In this document: positions 38,892-49,316 of the stretch, in pieces
Layout: each line of letters starts with the position of its first letter
Numbering within the stretch: position 1 is the first letter of the stretch
Source: Candidatus Eiseniibacteriota bacterium
GTDB taxonomy: Bacteria > Eisenbacteria > RBG-16-71-46 > CAZAMP01
Direction of reading: 5' to 3'
DNA length: 64,000 nucleotides
Assembly (NCBI GenBank): GCA_965224245.1
Contig: OZ245046.1
Location: forward strand, 5,408,001-5,472,000
Notes under the pieces: model-generated
The model's input: the letters and a program-made list of their open reading frames with translations, nothing else
Database searches by the model: none
What the model was told of the DNA's origin: nothing
Position numbers and translations under genes: made by a program

Positions 38892-39203
38892 GGACATCTT
38901 CCCCTAACGCACGAAGCGGGCCAAGAGGAGGGACGGGGCAGTGAATGTCATCGCAAGTGGCTGTTTTTCAACGGAATGAAGCCCTGGAAGGCGAGCCCTG
39001 GCGGCCGGTGTCGAGAGAGGAAGCACGACGAAATAGTCGATTCTGAGGGGTCGAACCGTCCGTCTCGTGACGCTGCCGAGAGCTCACGGGCCGCGAGACG
39101 GGAGGGGAGCCCACCGCCCGGTCGAGACTCGCCGGCGGTCGCGTCCGTAGTACGATGCGCCCGGCCGCATCCGGCGGCGGGTGTCCGGCGAGTGAGGAGC
39201 CAC

Positions 39204-39938
39204 GTGAAGTCGGGAAAATCGGTGGCGCTGGTGATCCCCGCGCTGAACGAGGAGGCCACGATCGGGTCGGTCCTGGCCGAGGTCGATCGCTCGCTCGTCG
39301 ATCGGATCGTGGTCGGCGACAACGGATCGTCCGATCGCACGGCCGAGCTCGCCGCCGAGGCCGGTGCCATCGTCGTCTCGGAGCCCCGCCGCGGCTACGG
39401 CAGCGCGTGTCTCGCGGCGCTACGGCGCGCTCGCGACGTGGACATCGTGGCCTTCATGGACGCCGACGGCAGCGACGACCCCGGTCAGCTCGACGCCATC
39501 CTGACGCCGATCGCGTCGGGCGATGCCCAGCTCGTCATCGGCTCCCGGACACGCGGCGGGGCCGAGCCGGGCGCCCTCACCCCGGTGCAGCACTTCGGCA
39601 ACGCGCTCACCTGCACGCTGGTGCGCTGGTTCTGGGGCGTCCGCTACACGGATCTGGGCCCGTTCCGGGCCATCTCCCGCCCGGCGCTGGACGCGTTGAA
39701 CATGCGGGATCCCGACTTCGGATGGACGATCGAAATGCAGGTCAAGGCGGCCCGGCACGCGTATGCTGTCCGAGAGGTCCCGGTGCGCTGCCGGGTCCGG
39801 CGGGGTGGCCGGTCCAAGGTGAGCGGAACCGTGATGGGCTCGTTGCGGGCCGGCACGCGCATCCTGGCCGTCGTGCTGGGGACGAAGCTCCGGGAGCTCC
39901 GGAGCGGGAATCCCGCCGTGGCCGGGCGTTCCCGCTAG
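39204..39938 (+). CDS. Glycosyltransferase family 2 (polyprenol-phosphate sugar synthase-like)
   Basis: GAGGAG SD then GTG; VIPALNEE, DNGSSD, RGYGSAC, FMDADGSD, YTDLGPFRAI, WTIEMQ. Confidence 0.9.
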   Translation: MKSGKSVALVIPALNEEATIGSVLAEVDRSLVDRIVVGDNGSSDRTAELAAEAGAIVVSEPRRGYGSACLAALRRARDVDIVAFMDADGSDDPGQLDAILTPIASGDAQLVIGSRTRGGAEPGALTPVQHFGNALTCTLVRWFWGVRYTDLGPFRAISRPALDALNMRDPDFGWTIEMQVKAARHAYAVREVPVRCRVRRGGRSKVSGTVMGSLRAGTRILAVVLGTKLRELRSGNPAVAGRSR

Positions 39939-40037
39939 CCAGGGCAGCCCTCGGACCGGCCGAACGCTCAAGATCACCGCGGCTCCGGCCGATTCTCGGG
40001 AGACGAGACCGACCGGACCAACCTCGGGGACACAACC

Positions 40038-40766
40038 GTGCGCCAGCTGAAACGAACGATGCCGCGTCCGGTTCGGCGAGCCTTCCGCCGCGCGCAGCGA
40101 CGGCTGACGCTCTCGCGCGCCACGCGTCGGATCCTGGATCGACCGGCCGGGACGCCGCCGACCCGCTCCGATCTGGGAGAGCTCCACTTCGGGTGGGGCA
40201 ACACGGGCTACTCGGCGGATCTCGCGTATCTCGAGCGGATCGCCGCGGAGGCCGCGCGCGTGGATCGCCCGATCCTGGAGTGCGGGAGTGGACTCACCAC
40301 GTTGATCCTGGGGCTCGTGGCCGGACGACGTGGGATCGAGGTCTGGACGCTCGAGCATCACCGGCAGTGGCAGGGTCGCGTGGAGCGCGTACTGGCGCGA
40401 TACGGGCTGTCGGTGCACGTCGTGCACGCGCCGATCGTCGAGCGCGGCACGTACGCCTGGTACGACCCTCCGCTCGACGAGATGCCGCCGAGCTTCGGGC
40501 TGGTGGTCTGTGACGGTCCGCCCGGAACCACGCTCGGTGGACGCTACGGACTGATCCCGGTCATGCGCGAGCGTCTCGCCGATGGCGCGACCATCCTCCT
40601 CGACGACGCCGGCCGTGAGGACGAGATCGCCATCCTGGAGCGCTGGGCGCTCGAAGCCGGCGTCACGTACGACTTCTTCGGAGACAGCGACGATGCCGCC
40701 CGCGTGATGCTCCCGGCTCACGCGACCGTCGCGGAAACGACCCGGCTCGGCCGGAACAACTCGTGA
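40038..40766 (+). CDS. Class I SAM-dependent methyltransferase (Methyltransf_24-like)
   Basis: ILECGSGLTT, LEH, VCDGPP, LLDDAGR. Confidence 0.78.
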   Translation: MRQLKRTMPRPVRRAFRRAQRRLTLSRATRRILDRPAGTPPTRSDLGELHFGWGNTGYSADLAYLERIAAEAARVDRPILECGSGLTTLILGLVAGRRGIEVWTLEHHRQWQGRVERVLARYGLSVHVVHAPIVERGTYAWYDPPLDEMPPSFGLVVCDGPPGTTLGGRYGLIPVMRERLADGATILLDDAGREDEIAILERWALEAGVTYDFFGDSDDAARVMLPAHATVAETTRLGRNNS

Positions 40767-40773
40767 GGTGACC

Positions 40774-41211
40774 ATGTCCCCAACGATTCGCGCCTGCCTC
40801 CTCGCGCTCGGTCTCGTGGCCGCCGCGTCGATCTCCACGACCGCGGTCGCCGAGACGATCGTCATCCACGCCGACGGCGATCGTTCCCCGTCGGATCCCG
40901 CCGCTGCGATGATCGTGGCCGACGTGCCGGCCGTCCTCGCGGCCCGCGACGCCGACGCCGCACGCCGCGACGACGGTGGATTCATCTCCGGGAGCCGGGC
41001 CCTCGCCTCGGCCGAGCGCGCGGGGCTCGCCGCCGGCGTCCGTCCCTGGCGGGCCTACCTCGAGTTCGATGCAGCCGAGGCACGAGTCGTCTGGCGGATC
41101 ATGAACACGACCGACCAGAGCGGCGGGGACGCGTCCGGACGCGCGTACCTCCTGGACGCGACCACCGGCGACGTCGTCGCCAAGTCCGACTGGTCGGTCA
41201 CGATCCGCTAG
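40774..41211 (+). CDS. Secreted PepSY-like protein
   Basis: Signal peptide; ISGSRALASA...VWRI...LLDATTGDVV. Confidence 0.6.
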   Translation: MSPTIRACLLALGLVAAASISTTAVAETIVIHADGDRSPSDPAAAMIVADVPAVLAARDADAARRDDGGFISGSRALASAERAGLAAGVRPWRAYLEFDAAEARVVWRIMNTTDQSGGDASGRAYLLDATTGDVVAKSDWSVTIR

Positions 41212-42370
41212 CACCGTCGCCTGTCGGGCCGGCCGAAGCCGCGGCGGTCACCAGCGTCAGATCGTCGTCGGCCGGCCGGCCGGCCAGGAAGCCTCGAACG
41301 GCGTCCAGCACGTCGTCCAGGAGCGCCCCGCCCCGATCGGGTGCGCGACGCGCCCACGTGGTCGCGACCTCGACGAGCCGATCGTGCCCGAAGATCTCGC
41401 CGTGCGACTCGGCCTCGGTGATCCCGTCGGTGTAGAGGAGGATGCGGCTCTCGGGCGTCCAGCGGGCGGACGTGGCCGTCCAGGTGGCGTCCGCCAGGGC
41501 CGGAGACAGCGGAAGTCCGTTCGCGTCGAGGAGCCTCGGCTCTCCGTCCGCGTCGAGCAGCAATCCCGGTGGATGCCCGGCGTTGACGTAGTCGATCCGA
41601 CCCTCGCCCGGCGTGACCCGGATGCAGATCGCGGTGAGGAATCGATCCAGCGCAAACGGTCGCAGCGCGACCGCGATGCGCCCGACGATGTCCTCGGGGT
41701 CGTAGCCGCCGGGTCTCGATGCGTGAAACGCGGACTTCACGATGCCGGTCAGCATCGCCGCCGACGCGCCGTGGCCCGACACGTCGGCGATCATCAGCGT
41801 GGCCCGGCCGCCCTCGCCGGAGGCGAACTCGTAGAAGTCGCCCCCGAGCTCGTCGCACGGCTCGAAGCGCGCGTGAACGTCCAGTCCGCCCACGTGGGCC
41901 TGATCGGGTGGGAGCATGCTCTGCTGGAAGGCCCTGGCGTCTGCGACCTCCTGCTCGAGTCGCTCGACGTAGCGCGCGTTCAGATCCGCGAGGCGCCGGA
42001 GCTCCAGGCAGCGCTCCACCAGCGCCAGGAGCACGTCCCGATCGAACGGCTTCTGGACGAAGTAGAACGCGCGCTCGCGGATCGCGCGGATGAGCTGTGA
42101 GTCGAGCTCGTTCACGACGCCGGTCATGAAGATCACGTCGAGCTCCGGGTCGACGTCCCGCAGCCGGGACATGAGCTCGAAGCCGTCCATGTCGGGCATC
42201 CGGATGTCGAGGATCGCCAGGTGCGGTCGGACCTCGCGGGCGATCGAGATCGCCTCCTCGGAGGAGCGGGTCGCGAACGCGGCATACTGACCCTCGAGAA
42301 TCCGCCGGACCGCGTGCACCATCGCGGGCTCGTCGTCCACGACGAGGATCCGCGGGCGATTGGGACTCAT
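41198..42370 (-). CDS. Response regulator receiver + PP2C/SpoIIE phosphatase
   Basis: ILVVDDE, LDIRMPDMDG, ELGGDFY, IADVSGHG, NAGHP, YTDGITE, DDLT. Confidence 0.92.
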   Translation of the reverse strand: MSPNRPRILVVDDEPAMVHAVRRILEGQYAAFATRSSEEAISIAREVRPHLAILDIRMPDMDGFELMSRLRDVDPELDVIFMTGVVNELDSQLIRAIRERAFYFVQKPFDRDVLLALVERCLELRRLADLNARYVERLEQEVADARAFQQSMLPPDQAHVGGLDVHARFEPCDELGGDFYEFASGEGGRATLMIADVSGHGASAAMLTGIVKSAFHASRPGGYDPEDIVGRIAVALRPFALDRFLTAICIRVTPGEGRIDYVNAGHPPGLLLDADGEPRLLDANGLPLSPALADATWTATSARWTPESRILLYTDGITEAESHGEIFGHDRLVEVATTWARRAPDRGGALLDDVLDAVRGFLAGRPADDDLTLVTAAASAGPTGDGASGS

Positions 42371-42440
42371 GGGTGCTCCTGGGGCTCGAGGACGCGTCGC
42401 GCCGGGACCGATCTTCTCCGCCGCCGGCGGGCGTCCGGGT

Positions 42441-44165
42441 TCATTCGTCCTCGTCGGTGACGGGGTCGCGGCGATCGGCGCGTGGCAGACGGACCGACAC
42501 CGTGGTGCCCAGGCCCGGCTTCGAGTCGAGCTGGATGTCGCCACGGACGCGCCAGACGATGGTCTGACACGTCGGCAGGCCGAGCCCGCTCCCCGTCGGT
42601 TTGGTGGTGAAGAACGGCTCGAACACGCGGGCGAGGACCTCCCGATCGATCCCCGGACCGGTGTCGCGAAGCCGGATCGTCACGTCGAGCTCGCCGACGT
42701 CGGCGGCGATGTGCAACGTGCCGCCGTGAGGCATCGCGTCGCGCGCGTTGGTCGCCAGGTTCAGAAGCAGCTGCTGGAGATCGCCGGGATTGCTCCGGAC
42801 CGACGGCGTGTCGTCGGCGATCGCGAGCTCGGTCCGGATTCTCTGTCGCTTCAGGCTGTCCGAGAGCACCGACAGCATGCTCTCGGTGGCCCGCGCCACG
42901 CTCGCCTCGCCGACGGTCTGGGCCGCGCCCCGCGCGAACGACAGCATGCCGCCGAACACGCGGCGGCAGAACTTCAGCGCCTGCTCGATCTGCATCAGAT
43001 CCTCGGCCAGGAGACCGGGATCCACCCGTCCCTGGGCCAGATCCTCCCGGATCTGCTGCGTCAGGGGCAGCGCGGCCCCCACCGCATTGTTCACGTCGTG
43101 GGAGACGCTTCTGGCGAGCGTGGCCAGCGCCTCGCGCTTCTCGGCCTCGAAGATCCGGAGCTCCAGGGACTCGGCTCGCTGCGCATTGCGGAGCGCGATG
43201 ATCGCATCGGGCACGAACGAGCGAAGGAGGTCGATCTCGTACGCCCCGAACGAGCCCGGATGCAGCCCCGCGATCTTCAACACGCCCAGGACCTCGTGCC
43301 GCGTGACCAGCGGTGCACAGATCATCGATCGTTCCCGGGGGCCCGGCGGTGAGCCGTCCCGGTGGCTGTCGAGCTCGGCGGCCAGGGCGGCGCCGGTGCC
43401 GGTCCACGATCGCCAGGTGTCGTCTTCCAGCGAGAACCCCTCGACGTGTGTGCCGTTGCGCGCGTCGGTGAAGGCGAGCTGTTCGCGGAGGTCGGGGGAG
43501 ATCGACAGCAGGTGCCCGATGCGCCGGCTCTTCCCCTTGGACCAGGCGATCTTCTCCGCCACCAGCTCGAAGCCGCCCTCGCTCGTCATGTACAGCGCCG
43601 AGGAGTGGTCGTAGCGCGTGAGCGAGCGGAGCCCGTCGAGGATCTGGTAGAACAGATCCTTCGGCCGCAGCTGCTCCATGATCTTGCGATCGATGCGTTC
43701 TCGGACCTCGGTGCTCCGCGCCACGTCGACCGCGTGGATGAGCTGGGAAACGTGGCGGGCGATCTGGCTCATGGCGATCTGCTCGCCGGTATCGATCACC
43801 TGATGCCGTGCGCGCACCCCGAGGACCGCCCACGGGCGATCGCGGCGGTGTAGCGACCCCAGGAGCGTGTCGGGAGGGAGCGGCTCGCGCGGGTTCGCGT
43901 GGAAGCGCTCGATCAGACGCAGATCCCAGCTCATGGACTGCGGGATCACGAAGAGAGGCCTCGGCGGCTCGCCGCTGGGGAGCACCTGGAACGCCGCCGC
44001 GGCGTCCGCACCGAAGAAGCCGCGCACGTCCCGCGTGACCGCGCGCACCAGGCGGTTGACGCTTCCCACGTGCTCGAGCTGCTGGGTGACGTCCTCCACG
44101 AACCGGTGCACGAGGAGCTCGAGCTCGGGCGACATGACCACGTCGGGCGTTCGGTTCGGTGCCAT
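42441..44165 (-). CDS. Cytoplasmic GAF-domain sensor histidine kinase
   Basis: GAF-like SMICAPLV...LGVLKI; H-box SHDVNN; NLATNARDAM, DTGPGI, FFTTK, GSGLGL. Confidence 0.9.
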   Translation of the reverse strand: MAPNRTPDVVMSPELELLVHRFVEDVTQQLEHVGSVNRLVRAVTRDVRGFFGADAAAAFQVLPSGEPPRPLFVIPQSMSWDLRLIERFHANPREPLPPDTLLGSLHRRDRPWAVLGVRARHQVIDTGEQIAMSQIARHVSQLIHAVDVARSTEVRERIDRKIMEQLRPKDLFYQILDGLRSLTRYDHSSALYMTSEGGFELVAEKIAWSKGKSRRIGHLLSISPDLREQLAFTDARNGTHVEGFSLEDDTWRSWTGTGAALAAELDSHRDGSPPGPRERSMICAPLVTRHEVLGVLKIAGLHPGSFGAYEIDLLRSFVPDAIIALRNAQRAESLELRIFEAEKREALATLARSVSHDVNNAVGAALPLTQQIREDLAQGRVDPGLLAEDLMQIEQALKFCRRVFGGMLSFARGAAQTVGEASVARATESMLSVLSDSLKRQRIRTELAIADDTPSVRSNPGDLQQLLLNLATNARDAMPHGGTLHIAADVGELDVTIRLRDTGPGIDREVLARVFEPFFTTKPTGSGLGLPTCQTIVWRVRGDIQLDSKPGLGTTVSVRLPRADRRDPVTDEDE

Positions 44166-44289
44166 CTCGGCAGTCCTCGGGCTCGAGACGCGAGCGCGGA
44201 CCGGGGACGGACTCGATCGACGCGCTCGGAACGGCTGCGAGGCGACGATGATACGTCCCGAGCCATCGGGCGTCCATGCGGGCGCGGCG

Positions 44290-45657
44290 TCAGTCCCTCG
44301 CGAACAGGCCCCACCGCCGAACCGCGCCGGCCAGCGCCAGCCCGTACGCCGGCGCGTAGACGGCCACCGAGCGCCACGGGCGAGGGTCCCAGACCCCGAT
44401 CGTGTAGTAGTCGATCACGACGAGATCGACGATCGGCATCGCCACGACGAGTGCGAGCAGCCCCGGATCGGGCCGGAGGACGAGGAACGGCACGAGCCAC
44501 AGGAGGTACCAGGGATACACGGTCGACGCGCAGGCGAAGAGCACGGCCAGCACGACGAGCGCGCGCCGCGTCACGTCTCCGGTCCGGAACGCCATCGCGA
44601 TCGCCGCCAGCGCGACCACCGAGCCCATCAGCAGCCTGGCCGCGGTGGACGGCATGACGAGATCGGCCAGCGCGAAGAGGCTTCCGTTGAAGAACCAGCG
44701 CCGGGCCATCAGCACGAGGGAGCTGACGAGGTTCTCGCCGGCGCCGACGAAGGGCGCGTAGAGACCCGCCACGACGATCGTCACGCCCAGCACGAACGTC
44801 ACCGACCGGCGGCGTCCGAGCTCCCGGAGGAGCACCGGTGCGATCACGAGCAGGGCCGGCTTGATCAGGAGCGAGCACCCGAACGCGATCCCGGTGCAAA
44901 GACCCCAGCCGACGCGAAGGCCCCGCAACACCAGCGCCACGAACGGCAGCGCGAGTGCCTCGGTGTGGCCGGGCAGGTAGGTCTGCGTCATCACCAGCGG
45001 GAGCCACATCGCGAACAGGATCCGCCGCATCGGCAGCCGACGCGCGCGGAGCTCGGCGGCCAGGAGCCACCATGCCGCCGCTTCGGCCACGAGTCGCAGC
45101 ACGTCGAGCCCCAGGAACGACCCCGGCGACAGCCAGTACGCGACGGCGAAGACGATCTCGGCGAGAGGCGGGTAGACCGTCACGAGGTCGGGATGATTGA
45201 CCGTGGCGCTCCGGCCCGCGTTCTCGACCGTCTCGCCTCCGAGATCATGAGCGCGAAGCTCCTCGAGCGCGGCGGAAGACGGAGGGTAGGCGTACGGGTT
45301 GATGCCGTGGGCGAGCACCTTGCCGTCCCACCGGTAGCGGTACGCGTCGTCCGAGAGATCGTGGTCGGCCGACGCGGACAGGACGCGCAGGGCCACGGCG
45401 ACGGCGACCACGAACGCCCACGACGCGGGCGTGCGCTCGCACCCGCCGTCGGGTGGCCGATCGGCCGGCCCGAGCGGATCGCGTGCGAACGCGATCACGA
45501 CGACCGGCACGCCAAGGAGGACGGATCCGACGACCGAGATCCACACCCAGGTCGCGTAGGACATCCCGAGCACATGCGTCGCGGGTCCGAGCGCGAGCCC
45601 GAGGGCGATCAGTGCGCCACCGGTCGCCCACGTGGCGGCGCGCGCCGGGGTCGTCAC
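44290..45657 (-). CDS. GT-C fold membrane glycosyltransferase (GT87-like)
   Basis: LSDDAYRYRWDGK...GINPY, VNHPDLVTVYPPLAE, W.FNGS, PWYLLW; many TM helices; GTGA overlap with the upstream GT2. Confidence 0.82.
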   Translation of the reverse strand: MTTPARAATWATGGALIALGLALGPATHVLGMSYATWVWISVVGSVLLGVPVVVIAFARDPLGPADRPPDGGCERTPASWAFVVAVAVALRVLSASADHDLSDDAYRYRWDGKVLAHGINPYAYPPSSAALEELRAHDLGGETVENAGRSATVNHPDLVTVYPPLAEIVFAVAYWLSPGSFLGLDVLRLVAEAAAWWLLAAELRARRLPMRRILFAMWLPLVMTQTYLPGHTEALALPFVALVLRGLRVGWGLCTGIAFGCSLLIKPALLVIAPVLLRELGRRRSVTFVLGVTIVVAGLYAPFVGAGENLVSSLVLMARRWFFNGSLFALADLVMPSTAARLLMGSVVALAAIAMAFRTGDVTRRALVVLAVLFACASTVYPWYLLWLVPFLVLRPDPGLLALVVAMPIVDLVVIDYYTIGVWDPRPWRSVAVYAPAYGLALAGAVRRWGLFARD

Positions 45658-47201
45658 GCGGGCTGGCGCCCGGCCCTGACGTCGTGCAGGAAGGAGAGCA
45701 CGCCGATGTACGTGAAGCCGATCGCGTGAATCAACAGGAGCGGACTGACGAGGAGCTTCTGCAGCATCAGGTACTGCACGAACGCGGCGGTGGCCCACAG
45801 TCCGACGAAGATCTCGACCAGATAGAGCTTCTGCCCGGGAAGCCGATAGGCCTTCACCCGCGGCGTGGCAGGGCCCGTGGCGTCCGCCGACCGGGTCTGA
45901 CGGCACACCTCGGCCCCCGCACCGAGCTTCGGCGTGCGCACGAACTCGCCGTGCGGCTTGCCGAAAAGAGCCTGAACGACCGCGCGCGTGTTGTTCACGG
46001 CCAGCCCGATCCCGACCGCCATCAGGAACGGCAGGAGCCAGATCGTCCGCCGCCACTGCTCGTTCCGGAGTCGCTGGGAGACGAAGTACATCGACGTGGG
46101 AGCGAACACGGCCAGGAACATCAGCGCGAACGGCACCGCGACCCAGGCCGACCTGAACGTGAAGCGCGTCCAGATCAGAAGCGGCAGCACGAGGATGGTC
46201 ATCACGAGCATCAGGGGGTGCACCATGTAGTGGGTGAGGTGCACCGATGCCTCGAACTTCTTCAGGACATCGATGTCGGGCCGGCGCCAGATCGTGGGCA
46301 GGAGCTTCTTGGCCGTCTGGATCGATCCCTTCGCCCAGCGATGCTGCTGGGACTTGAACGCGTTCACGTCGGTGGGGAGCTCGGCCGGCGTCACCACGTC
46401 GAGCAGGAAGCGCGCGCGCCAGCCGGCCAGCTGCGTCCGGTAGGAGAGGTCGAGGTCCTCGGTGAGCGTGTCGGACTGCCAGCCGCCCGCCTCGTCTATC
46501 GCGCTCTTTCGCCAGATCCCCCCGGTACCGTTGAAGTTGAAGAAGAGGCGATTCCACGATCGGGCCGACTGCTCGATCACGAAGTGCCCGTCGATGCCGA
46601 TCGCCTGCACGCGCGTGAGCGCCGAGAACAGCCGGTTGCGGTGACCCCAGCGGGTCTGGACGAACCCGCAGCCCGGATCGGCCATGAGGTACGGCACCGT
46701 CCGGCGGAGAAACTCCGGAGGCGGCACGAAGTCGGCGTCGAAGACGGCGACCAGATCGCCCCGGCACGCGGTCAGGCCCGCCTGGAGCGCGCCGGCCTTG
46801 TACCCGGAGCGATCGGCTCGTCTCACGTGGTGGATGTCGTGCCCGGCGCGGCGCATCTCGGCGACCAGGCGGGCCGTGACGGCGACCGTCTCGTCGTCGG
46901 AGTCGTCCAGAACCTGGATCTCGTGCTTGTCCGCCGGGTAGTCGAACGCGCAGGCGGCGAGGATCAGGCGCTCAACGACGTTGCGTTCGTTGTAGATCGG
47001 AAGCTGCGTGGTCACCACGGGCAGGTTCTCGTCGGGGACGTCCCGAAGGCGGCGGAGAAGCGCGTCGTCGTCGGCGAGCTGGCGCTCCCGCCGCCGGAAG
47101 AACAGCGCGATCATCACGTAGCAGTTGAGGCCGTAGACCTGGAGAAGGAGCGCCGCGGCCCAGTACAGGACCATCAACGGAACGAGCAGCCAGTCGGACA
47201 C
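45654..47201 (-). CDS. Processive GT2 (cellulose synthase-like / CslA-like)
   Basis: QLPIYNE, LDDSDD, GYKAGAL, FDADF, FNGTGG, LTED and QQHRW (QxxRW); start approximate. Confidence 0.9.
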   Translation of the reverse strand: MSDWLLVPLMVLYWAAALLLQVYGLNCYVMIALFFRRRERQLADDDALLRRLRDVPDENLPVVTTQLPIYNERNVVERLILAACAFDYPADKHEIQVLDDSDDETVAVTARLVAEMRRAGHDIHHVRRADRSGYKAGALQAGLTACRGDLVAVFDADFVPPPEFLRRTVPYLMADPGCGFVQTRWGHRNRLFSALTRVQAIGIDGHFVIEQSARSWNRLFFNFNGTGGIWRKSAIDEAGGWQSDTLTEDLDLSYRTQLAGWRARFLLDVVTPAELPTDVNAFKSQQHRWAKGSIQTAKKLLPTIWRRPDIDVLKKFEASVHLTHYMVHPLMLVMTILVLPLLIWTRFTFRSAWVAVPFALMFLAVFAPTSMYFVSQRLRNEQWRRTIWLLPFLMAVGIGLAVNNTRAVVQALFGKPHGEFVRTPKLGAGAEVCRQTRSADATGPATPRVKAYRLPGQKLYLVEIFVGLWATAAFVQYLMLQKLLVSPLLLIHAIGFTYIGVLSFLHDVRAGRQPA

Positions 47202-47421
47202 GGGAGAGTCCACCCCTCGGTGTGGCCGGGTGCCGGCCTCGAGCATGCGCGCCGGTCGTGCGGCCGACGACGAGCGACGGTGACACCCGGCGTGCCCGAG
47301 GTCAAGTGCTTTGAACAAAAGGGGTTGGCCGTCCCCCCGGTGGTCCGCGACGGGGTCGGAACCGGGCCTTTGCTGATTGGGTTTCAACGGGTTGCGACCC
47401 CGGCTGAGACCGGGCGCCGAG

Positions 47422-47451
47422 TTGACGGATCTCGCGAGCGGCCGATAGACT
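47422..47451 (+). promoter_or_regulatory. Sigma70-type promoter for tlpA
   Basis: TTGACG-18-TAGACT. Confidence 0.55.
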
Positions 47452-47547
47452 CGCGTGATTCCAAACCGCGCGACGCGCGGGCAGCACGCCCATCACCTGG
47501 CACGAGCGACCGCCTCGGTCGGCCGCAAATCAAGGAAACACAACGCG

Positions 47548-49209
47548 ATGGATAGGTACCAACCCCGTGCGACGGTCCGGGTCGCGCTGACGGCCACGGC
47601 CCTCGCCGGCGCGGTCGTCGTGCCGTCCGGGGCGACGCGCATCGAGGGCCGGCTCGTCGGGCACGACGACGCTCCGATGATCAAGGCACACGTCGAGGTG
47701 TTCCGGCCCGTGCGCGAGAGCGTCATCGACATCGTCGAGGTCGGGGAGGATGGCCGGTACGCGATCGAGTTCAGCGCCGCCGGCCTCGTGGTCGCGCGGC
47801 TGGCCGGGGTGGGACACAGCCCGATCTCGCTGCCCCTGGTGGTCGATCCCGACGAGACGATCGAGCTGAACGCCCGCATGGCCACCTACGACTACGCGGA
47901 CTCGCTGTCCGACGTCCACATCATCGGCGACTTCAATCGCTGGTCCTACGACTTCACGCCCAAGCTGAAGCCCGACTTCGGCGGCACGTACTTCTCCGAG
48001 TTCAAGGCCGAGCAGGAGCTGGTCGCGTACCAGGTCCTGGACATCGTGCCCGGTCGGGCCGTCAACGGGAGCGACGCGGTCGACTACCTGTACGACGGCG
48101 GCGGCGACTACAAGTCCGTGATTCGCGTCTACGACGGCATGGCCACCATCACGCTGGATCCGGCCCGCCTGCACCGATCGGACGCTCCCGAGCGCATCGA
48201 TCTGCCCGAGCGACACCAGCTCGCGCTGGCGATGCGTCCGATCTACGAGCGCACGAGCGATCGCCTGGACCGGTTCCTGGCCGCCGTCGAGCGAACGCGT
48301 CGGGTCAGCCGGCCGATCACCGACTTCACCGGGGGCATCCTCGCCGAGCTCGACGGCCTCATCGAGGCCGCCCGGGCCGAGACCGACCCCGAGCTTCGCC
48401 CCGTCCGCCACATGGAGGCGCTCCAGGTCGTTCGGATGGTCCAGACACCGCCCGACGAGGCGTTCATCCGCGAGACCCTGGAAGAGAACCCGCCTAGCTC
48501 GCCGTACTGGTCCTTGACGCCCGAGCTGATGGGCTTCGTGATCAAGTACACCGGCGGCTATCCGGACCGGAAGGACCTCCTGGACGCATTCATCGGGCAG
48601 TCGCCCGATCCCGAGATCCGCCGGATCGCGCTCTTGCGTGGCGTGAACTATGCGATCGACCTCGGGGACGACGTCACGGCGGCGGGCTACCGCGCACAGC
48701 TGGAGAAGGAGTTCCCCACCAGCAGCGAGACCCAGGTCGCCGAGAAGCGGACCGACGCCACGACGGTGGTCAAGGGTAGCCCGATTCCGGCGTTCAGCAT
48801 GGCATCCCTGGACGATCCGGACGTGATCCTGGACAACGAGACCTTCGCCGGGAAGACCTACCTGATCGACTTCTGGGCGACCTGGTGTGCGCCGTGCATC
48901 CGCGAGATGGGCTCGCTGCACGAGGTCTACGACACGTACAAAGATCGCGGTTTCGATATCTTGAGCATCTCGTTCGATCAGAAGGCCGACGTGATCCCCC
49001 CGTTCCGCGTGAAATGGCCGATGCCGTGGCACCACGCGTACGCGGAGAATGCCTTCCAGAGCGATCTGGCCAAGACTTTCGGCGTGATCAGCATCCCCAA
49101 GCCGATCCTGGTCGGCGCCGATGGCACCGTGCTCGCCGTCGGGAACGACCTCCGGGGACACAACCTCGAACACACGTTGGCCGACGCGTTCGGCGTCGAC
49201 GCGCACTAG
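47548..49209 (+). CDS. Exported multidomain TlpA/ResA-like thiol-disulfide oxidoreductase
   Basis: C-terminal IDFWATWCAPC and ISIP; N-terminal signal; CBM48-like VHIIGDFNRW. Confidence 0.85.
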   Translation: MDRYQPRATVRVALTATALAGAVVVPSGATRIEGRLVGHDDAPMIKAHVEVFRPVRESVIDIVEVGEDGRYAIEFSAAGLVVARLAGVGHSPISLPLVVDPDETIELNARMATYDYADSLSDVHIIGDFNRWSYDFTPKLKPDFGGTYFSEFKAEQELVAYQVLDIVPGRAVNGSDAVDYLYDGGGDYKSVIRVYDGMATITLDPARLHRSDAPERIDLPERHQLALAMRPIYERTSDRLDRFLAAVERTRRVSRPITDFTGGILAELDGLIEAARAETDPELRPVRHMEALQVVRMVQTPPDEAFIRETLEENPPSSPYWSLTPELMGFVIKYTGGYPDRKDLLDAFIGQSPDPEIRRIALLRGVNYAIDLGDDVTAAGYRAQLEKEFPTSSETQVAEKRTDATTVVKGSPIPAFSMASLDDPDVILDNETFAGKTYLIDFWATWCAPCIREMGSLHEVYDTYKDRGFDILSISFDQKADVIPPFRVKWPMPWHHAYAENAFQSDLAKTFGVISIPKPILVGADGTVLAVGNDLRGHNLEHTLADAFGVDAH

Positions 49210-49316
49210 ACGCCGCACACCCCCGCTGCGCGCGCGCACGAGGCGCGCGCGCGGGCATCCGATCTGCCGTTCGTGCGCGCCACCGCCCGCCTGCATCCGC
49301 CCCCCGTCCTTTTGAC

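Noticed and set aside
49228..49253. GC-alternating hairpin after tlpA as a terminator or REP element
   Set aside because: No adjacent U-tract and not repeated elsewhere; such stems arise easily at this GC content.
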